DNA from: Schizochytrium sp. TIO01
Lineage: Eukaryota; Protista; Bigyra: Labyrinthulomycetes
Assembly: GCA_004764695.1 (NCBI GenBank)
Contig: SMSO01000032.1
Coordinates: 2,356,001-2,420,000 of the forward strand
Length of the DNA: 64,000 nt
Direction of reading: 5' to 3'
The translations under genes and the position numbers were made by a program. How positions within the stretch are numbered: position 1 is the stretch's first letter; each line of letters begins with the position of its first letter. The notes under the pieces were generated by a model. That model saw nothing but the letters and a program-made list of their open reading frames with translations. It had not been told where the DNA came from and ran no database searches. Positions 33,115 to 46,000 of the stretch are shown piece by piece.

Positions 33115-33475
33115 CCAACGAACGCGCAGCGAGGAGGGTCGGGATGGCGAGCGAAGATCAGCCAACGCACTGGGCTGCGAGAAGTCCTCGAGGCTGGCGG
33201 CTGCTGACCTGAAAGTAGGCGGAGAAGGAGCGAGCTCAGCTGGCGACTTGAACTTTTAGCACAGCCGCGCGATCGAGCCTCGAAATGGCCAAGAACTGAA
33301 GAACTTACGAATGACTTCGGTTTTCACCTATTTGCTTACGAACTCGCTTTCTTGCTCACTGCTTACAATGAATTGACTTCGCGCTTGATTGTAGATAGAT
33401 TTTGATTGATTGATAGATCGATTGATTGATAGATTTGTAGATTAACAAACTAATTGATGAAACAATGGTCATTCT

Positions 33476-33518
33476 ATGGATTGTTTGATATGGATTGTTT
33501 GATATGGATTGTTTGATA
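33476..33518 (+). repeat. 14-bp tandem repeat ATGGATTGTTTGAT x3
   Basis: Read directly from the sequence. Confidence 0.9.
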
Positions 33519-35941
33519 GATCGATTAGTCACGATTTGCAGGAGACATCGGAATTCGAAGGCCCTTGCAGAGATCTGATTACAGATTCTTAGCGTTGAGG
33601 ATGAACGCGAAGATGAGCTGCGTATTGGCAGATGAAACACGAAGAAGAAGAAAAAGAATGATAAGAAGAAGAAGACGGTATGCAAGAGCAGAACGTACGC
33701 CGCGTCTGCGAGGACCGCTGTAGGAGATGTGGGCGGAGGTGCTAAGTAAATTGGCTGAGCAAGCGGCTATTATTTGCCGTAGTAAGGAGGTAGGAACCTG
33801 GCAATTAAAGGAAATGAATAACTCTGAATCAAGTAGACTCCTTGATTTTAATGTTATTTTAATGAATAAATAACTTGTGAAATAAATATATAAATCAATA
33901 AGCAAATGAACCAATCAACAAAATATGGATACCGTGGCGCGAAGTAAGTTGGCAAGTAAGTAAGTAATTAGTAATTAGTAAAGGAATAAGTGAATAGAGA
34001 TGTGGAGAAGTAGGAGAAGCAGGTGCTTACTGATATACTTCTTGAGGACTGCTTGTTTTCGCTCTTCATTTACCAACAAAAACTAAGAAAGAAACACTTT
34101 CCTTTCCCCTGCCTTACCTTCTTCTGTTTTGCTTTTTACTCTTATACACAGATTACTTTTTTATAATATTAAACATTACTTTCCAATTTTTAAAAATACG
34201 AAAAAAGTTCTTTCATTTTTGGAAGAAACCTTTCATCGGGTCTTTCATCGATTACCAATCATTCAATCAATTTGAAGTTCAACATTCATCCAAAATCAAG
34301 GCAGAAGAGATTCGTTAGTTCTGACAGCTCTCGACTTCCTGCTCCAGAAGTCAATATGCTTTGGAGAATATTTATCTGCGTCAAGCCAAACCAACTTTCA
34401 TCACCACGTCTATCCTAGGCGCCTGATAGAAGATAGTTGCTACACAGTACCAGCAGCACAAGTTCTCCATCTTGTTTTTGGCCACGTTCGTGAAGGTCAA
34501 ACTAGGCACTTACCATGCTTATGGTTTTACACGAGCCCAGGATCCAAAAGCGAAATTAACTTGAGACAGGCCTCACGCGTGTAGCACCACGTGCGTGCGG
34601 ACCTCCTGCTGCTCTGGCTGCCCGTCATTGGCTCTAAGTCCTCGGGCGATGCCGTGCGTTAGAAATGGAAGCCCGTGGCCAGCAGTCGCAATGGTGAGGA
34701 AATATTGTAGCACTGGAAGAACAATCTGAGAATGAAATGAGAAGCATAAGAAGATTACAAGGCTCTGCATTCGCTAACATGGCCATGATAAAGAGCTCCT
34801 CGACTCGGGTCTCAAAGCTCTAAACACGTGACTCTGCGCTGCGAAAAGATCAGTGTACTAGAATCATGAAAGACCCGAAGGGTAAGATTGAAAGACACCG
34901 CCGCAACCAGATATTGGCCAGATATTGGTTGGTGAGAAGCTAGCTATTCGAAAGAACCCTAACTTGTGGAACTCAGAGCTACTTAATGCCCTTTTTCATC
35001 ATCATCTTGGATGCTCAAGCACGATGATTGAATTGATCAATTCAATCATCAGTTCAATCGTTCGTCGTTCGCTTGTTCGTTCTTTCAGTTGGGCAGCAAT
35101 GAAGAGAAAAGTGAAAGACCGATGAAAGACGCGACTGCGGAGAGAGATTGGGTGCACTGAACAGAAAATGAGTAAACAAACATTATAGTATTTCTTGTAA
35201 GACATTAGAAATATAAATTGACTTACACACAAAACAAACGGCCGAAGCAATCCATGGAAGAGCTGAGGAGTGCCATTTACGAAGAAGAAATCTGTGCTGA
35301 CTCGCGCGAGATAGTAATGCCATGCGCCGCATTTTTCTTAATTCCTCTCGAAAGCTCTTGCCACTTTTTTTTTTAACTTTCTTTTTTCTACTTGGGGACT
35401 CCTTCTACTCATTTCCCCATCGACTAGGAAGTTCTTCTTTGAAATTTATTATTAATTTGCATTATTTTACAATAGAAATAAAGGTTATTATAGAATACAG
35501 AAGAAGAGACTGAATGGGTAGCTTAGGAGCAGGTTTAAGCCCAACTCATCGTGGAGCGCAGCGTCCTTTCTTTCGATGGCGACGCCAACCTCTAAGGCCG
35601 CCCCGCCTCACCCCATACAATCTCATCAGCCTTGCGCGCCACGCATATATCTACAACTGCTCCAGATCTATGTTCGCAATAAAAAGTAAAAAGTAAAAAG
35701 AAAAATAGGCAAAGATAATCAGCCGCAAATATGCGTAGGCCCATCGATTCTGTGCACTTTCTTGTTTTGAAGATCGTTGCTTTTCTTTTCCCTCTATTAT
35801 TTCCAAGTTGGATGTTGCTCCATTTCGTAGCTACGTACTTAATTTCCGGTTCTCTTTTCAGAAGCTGTCTTTCAATGGTGATGGGAAACTCGATTGGGCG
35901 TCGCCACATTCATTCACTCACTCATCCGTGTGCGCTGTTAG

Positions 35942-35961
35942 ATTTATTTATTTATTTATTT

Positions 35962-36008
<47 letters not shown>

Positions 36009-36093
36009 TATTTATTGATTGTAAAGTCATCGTGGCGCATTTGGTTTGGCTTTGGCGAGCCGAGCTGAGCCGAGCTGAGCCGAGCTGAGCTGA
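35942..36093 (+). repeat. Compound microsatellite (TTTA)n(TTGA)n, followed by (CGAGCTGAGC)x3
   Basis: Read directly from the sequence. Confidence 0.9.
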
Positions 36094-38323
36094 GATCCTG
36101 GTTCGTCTGCGTGCTGCCTGCAGCCAGTGAGGTAGGCAGGCCTGCTAATGATTGAGCGTATGCAGCTCCTGGGGACATCTGGCAGGCACGGGAGAAAACG
36201 TTTTAGTTCTTTCGTCTCACTTTCGCTGCATCCACGCATACATCCATCAATCCATTCATCCATCCATCCAACACCGCTGCTGCAAAGAAATAGAAGCAAC
36301 GCAGAATCATGAAACCTGTCATTCATTCATAGCATTGAAGGCTCGCGAGCCCAAGCTGCTGCGGCAAACACCCTTGTTTTTTAGAAGTCGAGCTGCGAGT
36401 TGACGCGAATGCGACGGACGGGACCGATTGGCTTGTGCGGAGTGAGTGATGAAGTGGTAAAGAGTGGAGGGCTGAGACCTGATCGTGAAGAATGATCTTT
36501 CATGAAAGATGAATCCTGACCTGGTCAGCTCAAGCAGTGTAGCTGTTGGTTTCCGGGCGCCATTAAAGCAAGAACGCAAAGTAAAAGGACAAACGACGAA
36601 AGAAGCAGCCGAATGATTCAAGGACAGAGTTACACTCTGATGCAGAGGGTTTATTTGCTAGAATCGTATAGGAGACATCCAAATTCGGGAATATCAACGT
36701 CCGTCCGTTGATACTATGAATGTCTAAGTCAAAAGATGCTAAACGCGATTTTCTACTTTCGAAAGCAGGGTTTTTGGCTTTGACAAATGCTACACTTGGT
36801 ATGGGTGACCTGTTCGCGATTTCCTTGTATATATGCATGCGGATTTTACTTCATCCTTGTCTAGGACCTCACTCGTTGAAGAAGTGGAGAGGCTTTCCTG
36901 ACTTGCCTACACGATTTTATAATGCGATGCTGATGATTGGGAGAGGCCGCCGCGAAGGTCTTGAAGAAGTACCATAGGCAGGTACGCGATCTGCAAAGAC
37001 GCCCTGCGCGATAGCCTTGATTTGCTTTCATCTTACTCACCAAGTATTTCTTTGTTTCCTTCAAGATATCTACCTGAAAATGAAATCTTGAAGATGGAAT
37101 CCATGTATTAGTGTACACTGCCACATCAACTTTCTGCTCAGTTTTCCGGAAGTTGTTGCATTGAGAGTAGATAGCGGCAGCCTGAAATACTAGTCGTCTT
37201 GCATGGCACATACAACTTATATGGGCACTGACAAATGGCCCTTGTTGGCGTCCAAGTCCTTTCCATCCTAAACTTTTACATACTTGTTATTTTGCTGCAG
37301 ACCTTATTCTTCGAATTTTATGAAAAGTCGAGGAGGAGGGGCCTTTGTGGAACGCTGCGTTACTGCAGCCATGAATCGCGCAGCTTCCTAGCAACTGACT
37401 AGGATGTGGTGTAGTGCAGCCTTAGCAATGCAAAGGGACTTTTCTGCATAGAAGAGTGTAAGTGAAGTTGTGGACATTGCCTCTTACCAGCTTCTCTTAG
37501 AAGAGAAATACGATCATGCCGTTGTTGGAGAAAATAGGAAAAGGGTAATCTTTTGTAGGACTACTCCGTAGCTTGCTTGCAGACTGGTTCATGGATCAAG
37601 AGAAAGGCTAAACATTCAAAAGGTATGGGAGGCGTCTGTTAATTATTAAGTTTAGGAGCAGTGTCGCCAAAGGTACTTATTTCTTCATTTACCTAGCACA
37701 AGTAAATAAAATGATGCAGCCCATTTTCCATTTTCATTGAAGACTGCCAACTTCATGAGCGCATTTGTCCTAGTGTCTTATTCTGTTACTGCCCTTCAAA
37801 ATAAAGAAATAGAGAAATAACACTAATAATAAATCAAGGAATGAACAATTTTACGATCAGCGAGGCCACTTCAATTTTCGAAAGGCTGGACTGCACGCAA
37901 GATTCTTTAAAATGGCGGTCAACAAAATATTTAGGCCGTACCAACAGTGTCTCTAGCTAAAGCCACAGCCCCTCGCTAGCCGTACGCGCGTGTACTTTTG
38001 TAAGAGGTCTATCAATAGACCCAACGGTCTTTCAGTCAAAGTGTCAAGCCCACTCGCTCTGTTGGCTTGGTGTTACCTAAATGCAATGCATGGCCATGCT
38101 AAAAAGAAAACCTTCAACCCGCAACGCCAAGACGTCAATGCGCACAGCCTGGCGTTCGCAGTGGTGGCAGCCATGCCCCGAAATCATCGCAGGCCGGGGA
38201 ACTCCAGGGGACCATATATTACAAGCAAGCAAGGAAATCGACAATCACGAGAGCCGTGGCAGAGCCTTGAATCGTTGCATTTATTCCCTCACGACTGCGT
38301 AGAGGCGCCTACGCACCTTCTAG

Positions 38324-38599
38324 TACCACTACTCCTACTACTAATATTAATTATTAATAATAGTGATTAATAAAAATAATTAATAATAATTGATAACAAT
38401 AGTAATAATGAATAATAATAATTAATAATAATAATCAATAATAATTGATAACAACAATAATAATAATCAATAATAATTGATAACAACAATAATAATTAAT
38501 AATTATTGTTATAATTAATAGTAATAATTGATAACAACAATAATAATAATTAATAATTATTATTATAATCAATAATTATAATAGTAGGAGTAGTAGGTA
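38324..38599. repeat. AT-rich (AAT)-based minisatellite bounded by terminal inverted repeats (fold-back/MITE-like)
   Basis: The left arm TACC-ACTACTCCTACTA is the reverse complement of the right arm TAGTAGGAGTAGT-A-GGTA. The interior repeats AATTGATAACAA four times. Confidence 0.65.
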
Positions 38600-40506
38600 T
38601 GCTGTTGTTACCATCTATCTATACATGGCAGCGCTAGAAGCCATGCCTACTAAGCAATGCCTACTAAGCCACGTAGAAGCCGCTCTTTGCTGGGATTCGA
38701 AGGCTCATGTAGTGGTAGCTGGTTTAATCAATTTGGTCGGCACCCACTTTGGCCATCTCTGTATCGATCCTCGATTGAGGCACTCGTTGCGGTTGATGAA
38801 GAAGAGCATAGAAGCCACACAGTGTAGAATCAGGCCGATGAGCGTTGGCTGTTTTCCTATTACCTTGTTTGTGGTGGACGAGACAAGCACAAAGCACCAA
38901 GAAACTGGTATCTATCTATCTATTTATCTGTCTTACAGGTGAACCTCTCTGAGTAAAAAGTCGAGCTTGTTTGAGGTACCACGGACAAGAAAGCAAAGCT
39001 TTTAGGAGGGGCTATTCCGTGGGAGCGAAGGGTGCCAAATACAGTCGAATTGAATCGACTTCTAGGGTTGCTCCCGATGAGGAAGATCGAAGGTGGATCG
39101 CCAATACAAAATCAAGCAGCATCTGCTTGGATCTGCTTAAAGGCACCCTGAGCTCGTTGTCAGTGCCAAGATCTTTTTCAATATGACCAGACGCAAATCT
39201 CAATTCGTTAAGTATTTAGCACCCATAGGTGTTGAGTGTAGTGCGTGAGCTTGAATTGCAGACTTGGAATTTGAGGATGTCACTGTAAGGCAGTTATGAG
39301 AACACTACTACATGCAGAAACACTTGGTGTATGAAATACAGCAACAAGTATAGATGGTAACCACATCGATACTGAAGCTACATTCACGAGTATTTTTGCT
39401 TTTTGCTTTTTGTCTATGCAGCTTTAGAGACTCCATTTCCTGAGGTTGCTCGATAGAGTCCTGAATAACCGCGCTTTGACGCTGCTGCCGTGTACACCTG
39501 CCCGAGTAAGGTTAAGACTCTACTAACAACAACACCAACATGCCTTCATGTGTGGCTATCATCGTGATGAAGAATCCAGTTCACCGCCTCTTTAGTAAAT
39601 CAATGGGCATCACATGTGAAAGTAAAATATGCAATCCCGCTAGCTTTGATGACTTCCTTCATATTGAGAACATCTCCAGCAGCACTACCAATACGCGCTC
39701 CCTTGGGAGCTCCAGTCTCTTGCTTCAGGCTCTTCAGACTCTGATGTTCCCGTTTCCAACAAGGATTCCCTCCCCCAATAAAATACGCAATGCTCCTCTG
39801 TGTACACTGGCTAACTGCATCTATCATTAAAGATAGAGATAAGTTTTAGGACGCCGTCCTATAAGAACATCTTATTTTGGAACCTCTGGAACAAGGGGGA
39901 TATGCAGCGTACGGAAAGGACACGCTGCCAGGGCATTGGGATGAATCCGCAACTCTGTGCGAAGTCTGCGAGAAAGCCGCGGCGGCGTGGCCTCTCGGCT
40001 TGGCGCAGGTTTGCTCCTTAAACCTCCGTTGGCCTCCTCAGGCTATCCTCACTACCTGTTGCTGTTTCTGCTACGCATGGTTAATCTGGTCACGGTGTAC
40101 GAATCCTAAAAGGAACATTAGACTAGGAAACGGAAACACAATCTTTCGCTGGCACTGGTGCTATCAGCGAAAAACTTGCGACGGAGGGCTGAGTCTGCTG
40201 CAACTAGCCTGAAACAAGTTCGCCCTTATCTTGTTTGCTTTGTTTGGCCTTGGTTATCATTTTCAGAACTAGGTTTTTCAAAAGTAAAGAAAGAATCTAG
40301 TTCGAGGATATCTCCATCTGTTCGAACAATATCTATCTGCTTCAATCGCTAGTAATCTTGAACAGCTTTAAAGTTTCGATTCTATAACGCGCCAACTTTG
40401 CGAAAAGAAACCTCTGACAGTAATCTGTAAGTGGTGGTTGTAAAGGTTTACTGTTTGCGTTAAAGACCAGAATCTGCAGTGGACCAAAAAAGCATCTCGC
40501 AACAAA

Positions 40507-41931
40507 ATGATTGCAGCACAAGCCGAGGAAGAAGATGAGATGCTCGTTGCTGCGATGCAAGTGGCGCCAGCTGAACACACAATGCCAAATACCATTGCAC
40601 GTAAAGTGTGGTTTGTTCTCCTACTTGTATGCATGATCGAGGCAATTGACCTCGCATTTCTCAGCGCATTGTTTCATTCATTTGAAGTTGATCTCGCACT
40701 GACTCCTTCTATGCTTGGCTACCTCGCTCTGGCTCAAAGTGTGGCTATGAAAGGTACTGTACTTCTTTGGGGTCCATATGTAGATCGTGCAGGAGATCCA
40801 GCTCGCTTCTTGCGGATTCTACTCATTGGAATTGGTTGTTCAAGTCTTTTGACAGGCGTCGCTCAATCCTTTTATGAACTTGCTCTTGCTCGATTTTGTA
40901 CTGGAGCCCTCGCTGGGATTATCAGCCCCTTATCTGGTTGCATCATTGCAGAGGGCCATGAGCGCAAGCAGCGTGGCAAGCTTTTTGGTGTGTTTAATAC
41001 GGTACGAAGTGCGGGAAGAATTTTGGGAACTGGAGTTGGAGCTGCTCTTAGCACAAGATGGAGGTTGCTTCTGGCAGTTCATGGAAGCTGCTGCATTCTT
41101 GCTGGTCTCATTGTATATAAACTCTTGCCTAACGAATCAGATCGCTTATGGCAGCAACACGTCGAGACTGTTAGCCAGACAGAGCAACCAAAGAAAAACA
41201 ATAGTGCACCTTCACTTGAAGTGAAAACTGAAAGGAGCGCTGTGCGCAAAATTCTTAGCCTTCGTTCTTTCCAACTCATTGTCATTCACGGAGTCTTTGG
41301 ATCCTTTCCATTCAGTGGATTTAGTTTTATTGTTCTGTGGTTTCAGACTGGAGGTGTCCCTTTGGCGAGTGCAGGAATGTATGCAAACGCATTGCACTTT
41401 GGAAGTGTGCTTGGCCACTTTGTGGCTGGTTATATTGGCGACTGGGCCGCGCAGAAACACCCAGATCATGGCCGCATTTACCTAGCACAGGTTGCAGACA
41501 TGATGCGTATTCCTATGGCATGGCTAATCTTTGTTGGGGCGACGAGCGCTTCAATGAATACTGCTGCAGCTAGTCTGTTCGTTCTAGGACTCATTATTCC
41601 TTTGGTACCTACAGGAGCAATCATGCCAATGCTTTCGGACCTTCTTCCTCAGGGTGCCTCTGGTACTATTATGGGCTACCACCTTGCTCTAGAGAGCGTT
41701 TTTGGTGTCATGGCTGCTCCTCTTGTTGGTACAATTGCAGAAAAAACGTACGGGTATCACTTGCAGGATGTAGCCTCGGCGTGTGATGGTTGTGTTGATG
41801 AGCAAAACCATTGGGCGCTTGGGCACGCTCTTATGTGGAACACCGTATTACCATGGTCATGTTGTGCAAGCTTTGTATCCGCGCTTCACTGGTACTTTGC
41901 TCAAGATCGTGTTTTGGCCCATGCAGAGTAG
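40507..41931 (+). CDS. Major facilitator superfamily transporter (Spinster-like)
   Basis: About 12 TM segments; WGPYVDR, LALARFCTG, ERKQRGKLFG, AGYIGDWAAQKHPDHGRIYLAQ. Confidence 0.92.
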   Translation: MIAAQAEEEDEMLVAAMQVAPAEHTMPNTIARKVWFVLLLVCMIEAIDLAFLSALFHSFEVDLALTPSMLGYLALAQSVAMKGTVLLWGPYVDRAGDPARFLRILLIGIGCSSLLTGVAQSFYELALARFCTGALAGIISPLSGCIIAEGHERKQRGKLFGVFNTVRSAGRILGTGVGAALSTRWRLLLAVHGSCCILAGLIVYKLLPNESDRLWQQHVETVSQTEQPKKNNSAPSLEVKTERSAVRKILSLRSFQLIVIHGVFGSFPFSGFSFIVLWFQTGGVPLASAGMYANALHFGSVLGHFVAGYIGDWAAQKHPDHGRIYLAQVADMMRIPMAWLIFVGATSASMNTAAASLFVLGLIIPLVPTGAIMPMLSDLLPQGASGTIMGYHLALESVFGVMAAPLVGTIAEKTYGYHLQDVASACDGCVDEQNHWALGHALMWNTVLPWSCCASFVSALHWYFAQDRVLAHAE

Positions 41932-43027
41932 CAGAACTTGTCTCCAATTATGTTCACCAAATATCGACTCTGTTTATGGCTTGAATTATTTTTATCTTAC
42001 TTACCTTGACTTCACTTTTGGCATTTCCGATTAGAATGCGGCAACAATCAAAACTAAGCTAGAGCATTCGAGTAGTACCTCCTGACTTTTGCTTACTATA
42101 ACATCGGAAAAGTCTTTGGGTGACTTCTAATCATAAGTATATTCTGACAACTGTTGCTCAAGAACCAAATTTTCCCCCATTTTCTTATTAATCTCTTGAC
42201 ATCAACAACACAGAATTTAAAATATGTTTTGATGGGGAAAAGGCACAAAAAAATCGTTTATTTTATATTGTGAGCACTATTTGATACTGTGTTTTCATAA
42301 GCTTACAAATTCAACTAGCAATCACGGCTTCAAATTTTGTTTTCCTTGGGCCTGATGTTTTTTAAGTTGCTGAGTCGACCTTTAATGCAATATGCTTAAA
42401 TGTGTGAGTCCAGGTGAAGATTAAGTATTCTGACACGTAATCGTTGTGAAGGGGAAGCACCAAAGAAGAAGCATTCAACTTTCTGCGTGTACAATATGTC
42501 AACTATGTAAATCTAATAAATTGCACGGCCCGCCATTTAAATTAACAATTGAAGCAGCGTGGATCCTTTCTCTAATATTTTATATAAAACCTTTACACAA
42601 AGCTGCACACCAGCACACGCTTGTATGCAATGTATTGTTTCGAAATCCTCAAAGTTTCACGTCGTAACTTTGTGGCGCGGGCACTGGAAAAGTGCGGTTT
42701 ACAACGCCAAGGCTCGCGTAAATCCGAAAAGTGCATCATCATCACGAGTGACCACCATATGAGGTGTGCACCCCGGGCGCGGACATAGTCCTATTTAGCA
42801 TTATAGTATATGTACCTACTATATTAGAAGACCCCCAAAAAATGGACGCATGAAGACATTCATGCATGCATGGTGCAAAAGAACCAGCGCCCTTGCAAGC
42901 AAGACAAATCTACAAGTTTCAGCTACTTTAGGGGTGTTAGCTGACAACCCTTCTATATTTGCGGGCGAAAGTTATTGAAGAACTTGGCGATCACTTGCCA
43001 TCGCTTAGTTTAGCCAAACCTCGAACC

Positions 43028-46000
43028 ATGGCGAACTTATACGAGCCCGAGGTGCCAACAGCGGAGAACCCTGTCGCGGACATTGAAAATACTGCCATAG
43101 AGAGCGCCTTGCTAGAACAAGGACTTGTGGTTGTACCTTTCAGTGTCGTGTCAAGCACCTCACAAGATGGCTTGTGCCCTGCAGAAGCACTTGAGCAGTA
43201 TCAAGCGCAACTGGGTATGCACCAAGATCTCCGGGGATGGTGCACGGCAAGTTTCTGCCCATGGCCTCAAGAATTAGAAATAGCTTTCGAAACGTGTTTC
43301 CGTATTGATTTAATTGAACTTGTGGCACACTCATACCGCATACCGCGACGAATCGACATATTTGTCACTGGTTATCAAGCAGATTGTGGGCCATATTACG
43401 TTGGTCAGACAAGCTTTGACTCAAACCTTTTGCAGAACCACACACTGAACGAATGCAAGTGCGCAAAGATCGATGCTTATGGCACAGGCCTCATTCTTCG
43501 TATTCTCGATTGCTACTCAAATGACAAAAACCTTTTTGAGCAGGCGAATTTACTTAGTTTAAGAGTCTACGGGGAGGAAGTCCCAGCTCTCCTGGGGGAA
43601 AGCCCTGCGCCACGACCTCGGCAAAATTTCTACAGTGAAGAGATCGACACAGAAATTCGAATTGTTTCTACAGAGGAACAGAATGGCATGATAATAAGCA
43701 GGGAAGAGTTTATCCGAAAACGAAGGTATTTTGAAGTAATCGAAGAGTCTCAAACAGGTTTTGTTGGCAGGAGGGATGATTGGGATCATTTTCACATGAC
43801 AGAGGTTGACCAAGCGCTAATCTCGATCGGTATTCCTGTGGAACTGGTAAACAGCACAGCAACGCCCTACAGAATACCACCAGAAACGGCGGCGTATGTG
43901 AACGCTATTCAAGAACGTATAGAAGCATTGCTCGCCATCGAGAACGACGCCATTGCGGGAACTTTGAAAGTGACACACGATGAGTTGTTGGATGCTGTTG
44001 AACATTTGCAAAAGAGCGTCGATAGACTCCTAGGTCTTGGTGTTGAGCTTGGGCGTCATCAGATTCTCCTTACCCAAAGTGTTCAAGAACCTGGAGGCAA
44101 CCGCCGACCCTCAATCCCAATTGAGCAGCACAAATCTGCAGTGTCTCAAGTAGAACAAAAGATTGATAGCGAGGCCAAACAAGCGCTTGCTGACTTTGAA
44201 CAATTCCAAACAAATGCCGAGGTTTCAGTAACACCCAGATCTCGTATGCAGAATTTAAACCTACCATCTCAGCAGGCTCCTAGGAAGGAACATGCAGACG
44301 AAGCAATCTTGGTTACTGGATACGAAAATCCTAGCCATCATCACCATTCTAAGTCTCACTCATACGACAAGGAGGATCACAAGCAGTATGGATATAAACA
44401 TGGACCTGAACTTCCTTCGTACAGTCGCAATTTCGAGCAAAAAACAAATCACGTGAATGAGAATCAGCAGGACCATACACTGCGGGACCATGAAGAGGAG
44501 AAGGTTACAAAAATGCTCTCTACTCCGAGAAAGGCGCCAGAACCAGGTGCTTCCTCAGCGCCCCCAGGAGAAGAGCCTGAGTTACGGCTTTCAGAAGGTC
44601 CCATTACAGACAAGCTACCAGACTATCCCTCTGTGTCACCACTTAACTTTGATAATGCGAAGCTCCATACAGATGGTGCCCCTTCGATCTCACGCCAGAA
44701 TACAGATTTCGAGAAAGGTAATGAAGAAAAGAACTCCGATCTTGAGGGAAAGTCATTCGAAGTTTCTCAAACACCAGCTTCTGGATCAAGAAGTCTTGCA
44801 AACTCTCACGGAGGCTCTCAGACAGGACGAAAGGATGATCATGATAATATGAGCAACTCGGGCACTGTGCCAACAATGGTACAGCAACGAGACTACGCAC
44901 CAGAAGAAAAGGAAAAGGAAAAGGAAAAGGAAAAAGAAGAGAAACACCCTGACACTGGTCGGTCGTTATCACCGCGTGGATTCATGAAACGGTTGATGTC
45001 CCCAAGAAGTGGTCGCCAAAAGGATGACAAATCCTCTGCAAAAGCATCGCATTCTGAAGAAGATAAGACCGAAAGACAATTAGAGGTTGGACAAGGAACA
45101 GGAAGGCTTGGAATTTCTGCAACTGACTCCACAGCAGCCCCCACAGAATCCACGCAAGAGACAGCATCGAAAAGTACTGAAGAGAAGTATAATACTCCAT
45201 CGGATTCTTCAATCACACCCTCCAAGCCAACAGAGAGGCAAAATAATGATGAGGTGGAACCTAAAGATCTCACAAGCAAGAAAGAACCTCTATCAGCCGC
45301 TCCAAGTGCTCGCAAAGATCAAGCAAATGACATTAAACATGGAATGCCTGACCAGGATAATTATACAGACGAAGAACATTTGAAATGGCCTAATGTTCCG
45401 GTTGACAAAAAGGGGAAAGACCCTCTTAAGCCACGATTATCTCAAGCTTTGAAGGAAAATGATCTGACTGCTCCAACTAAACAGAAGAAGAATTTGGGAG
45501 AGTGGGCGGGATTTGAAAAGGCGTTTGGACTCTTTGCAACACAATGTTTATTTACTCCAGAGTCTGATACTAAGGTGAAGGCCCTTACGCTACATGTTAT
45601 CAAAAGTGCTATTCAAGATTTAATTATCCTACTTCTGCTCAACGGGGAAGTGATTTTGCGTCTTACGACGCTGTTATTGCATGAATCAACCAACGGGATT
45701 GTTCTACAAGAGCTGTTTGCATTATTGCGTTTTTGGTATACCTTTCCGGAAGCACATGATCAAACATACCATGGCGAGCTTGTTGATGAGCTTTTAACCC
45801 AGGAATGTTGTACGAGTAAATCGACTGTTGTCCATGAGTTATGCTTCAACTTTCTCAAATTTATTTGTGAAGAAAAAGAGTGGGTGGCTTCGGTCAACAT
45901 GTCAAATAACCTTTTAGAAAAACTTCGAGAGCGTCCCAAGCCTGACCCTGTTCTGGGAAGGTATGAACGGGTGGTGGGTCTGGTCCATGAATATTATACC

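Noticed and set aside
36446-36520. GTGATGA...CTGA spacing resembling a C/D snoRNA
   Set aside because: No terminal stem and no recognisable rRNA complementarity.
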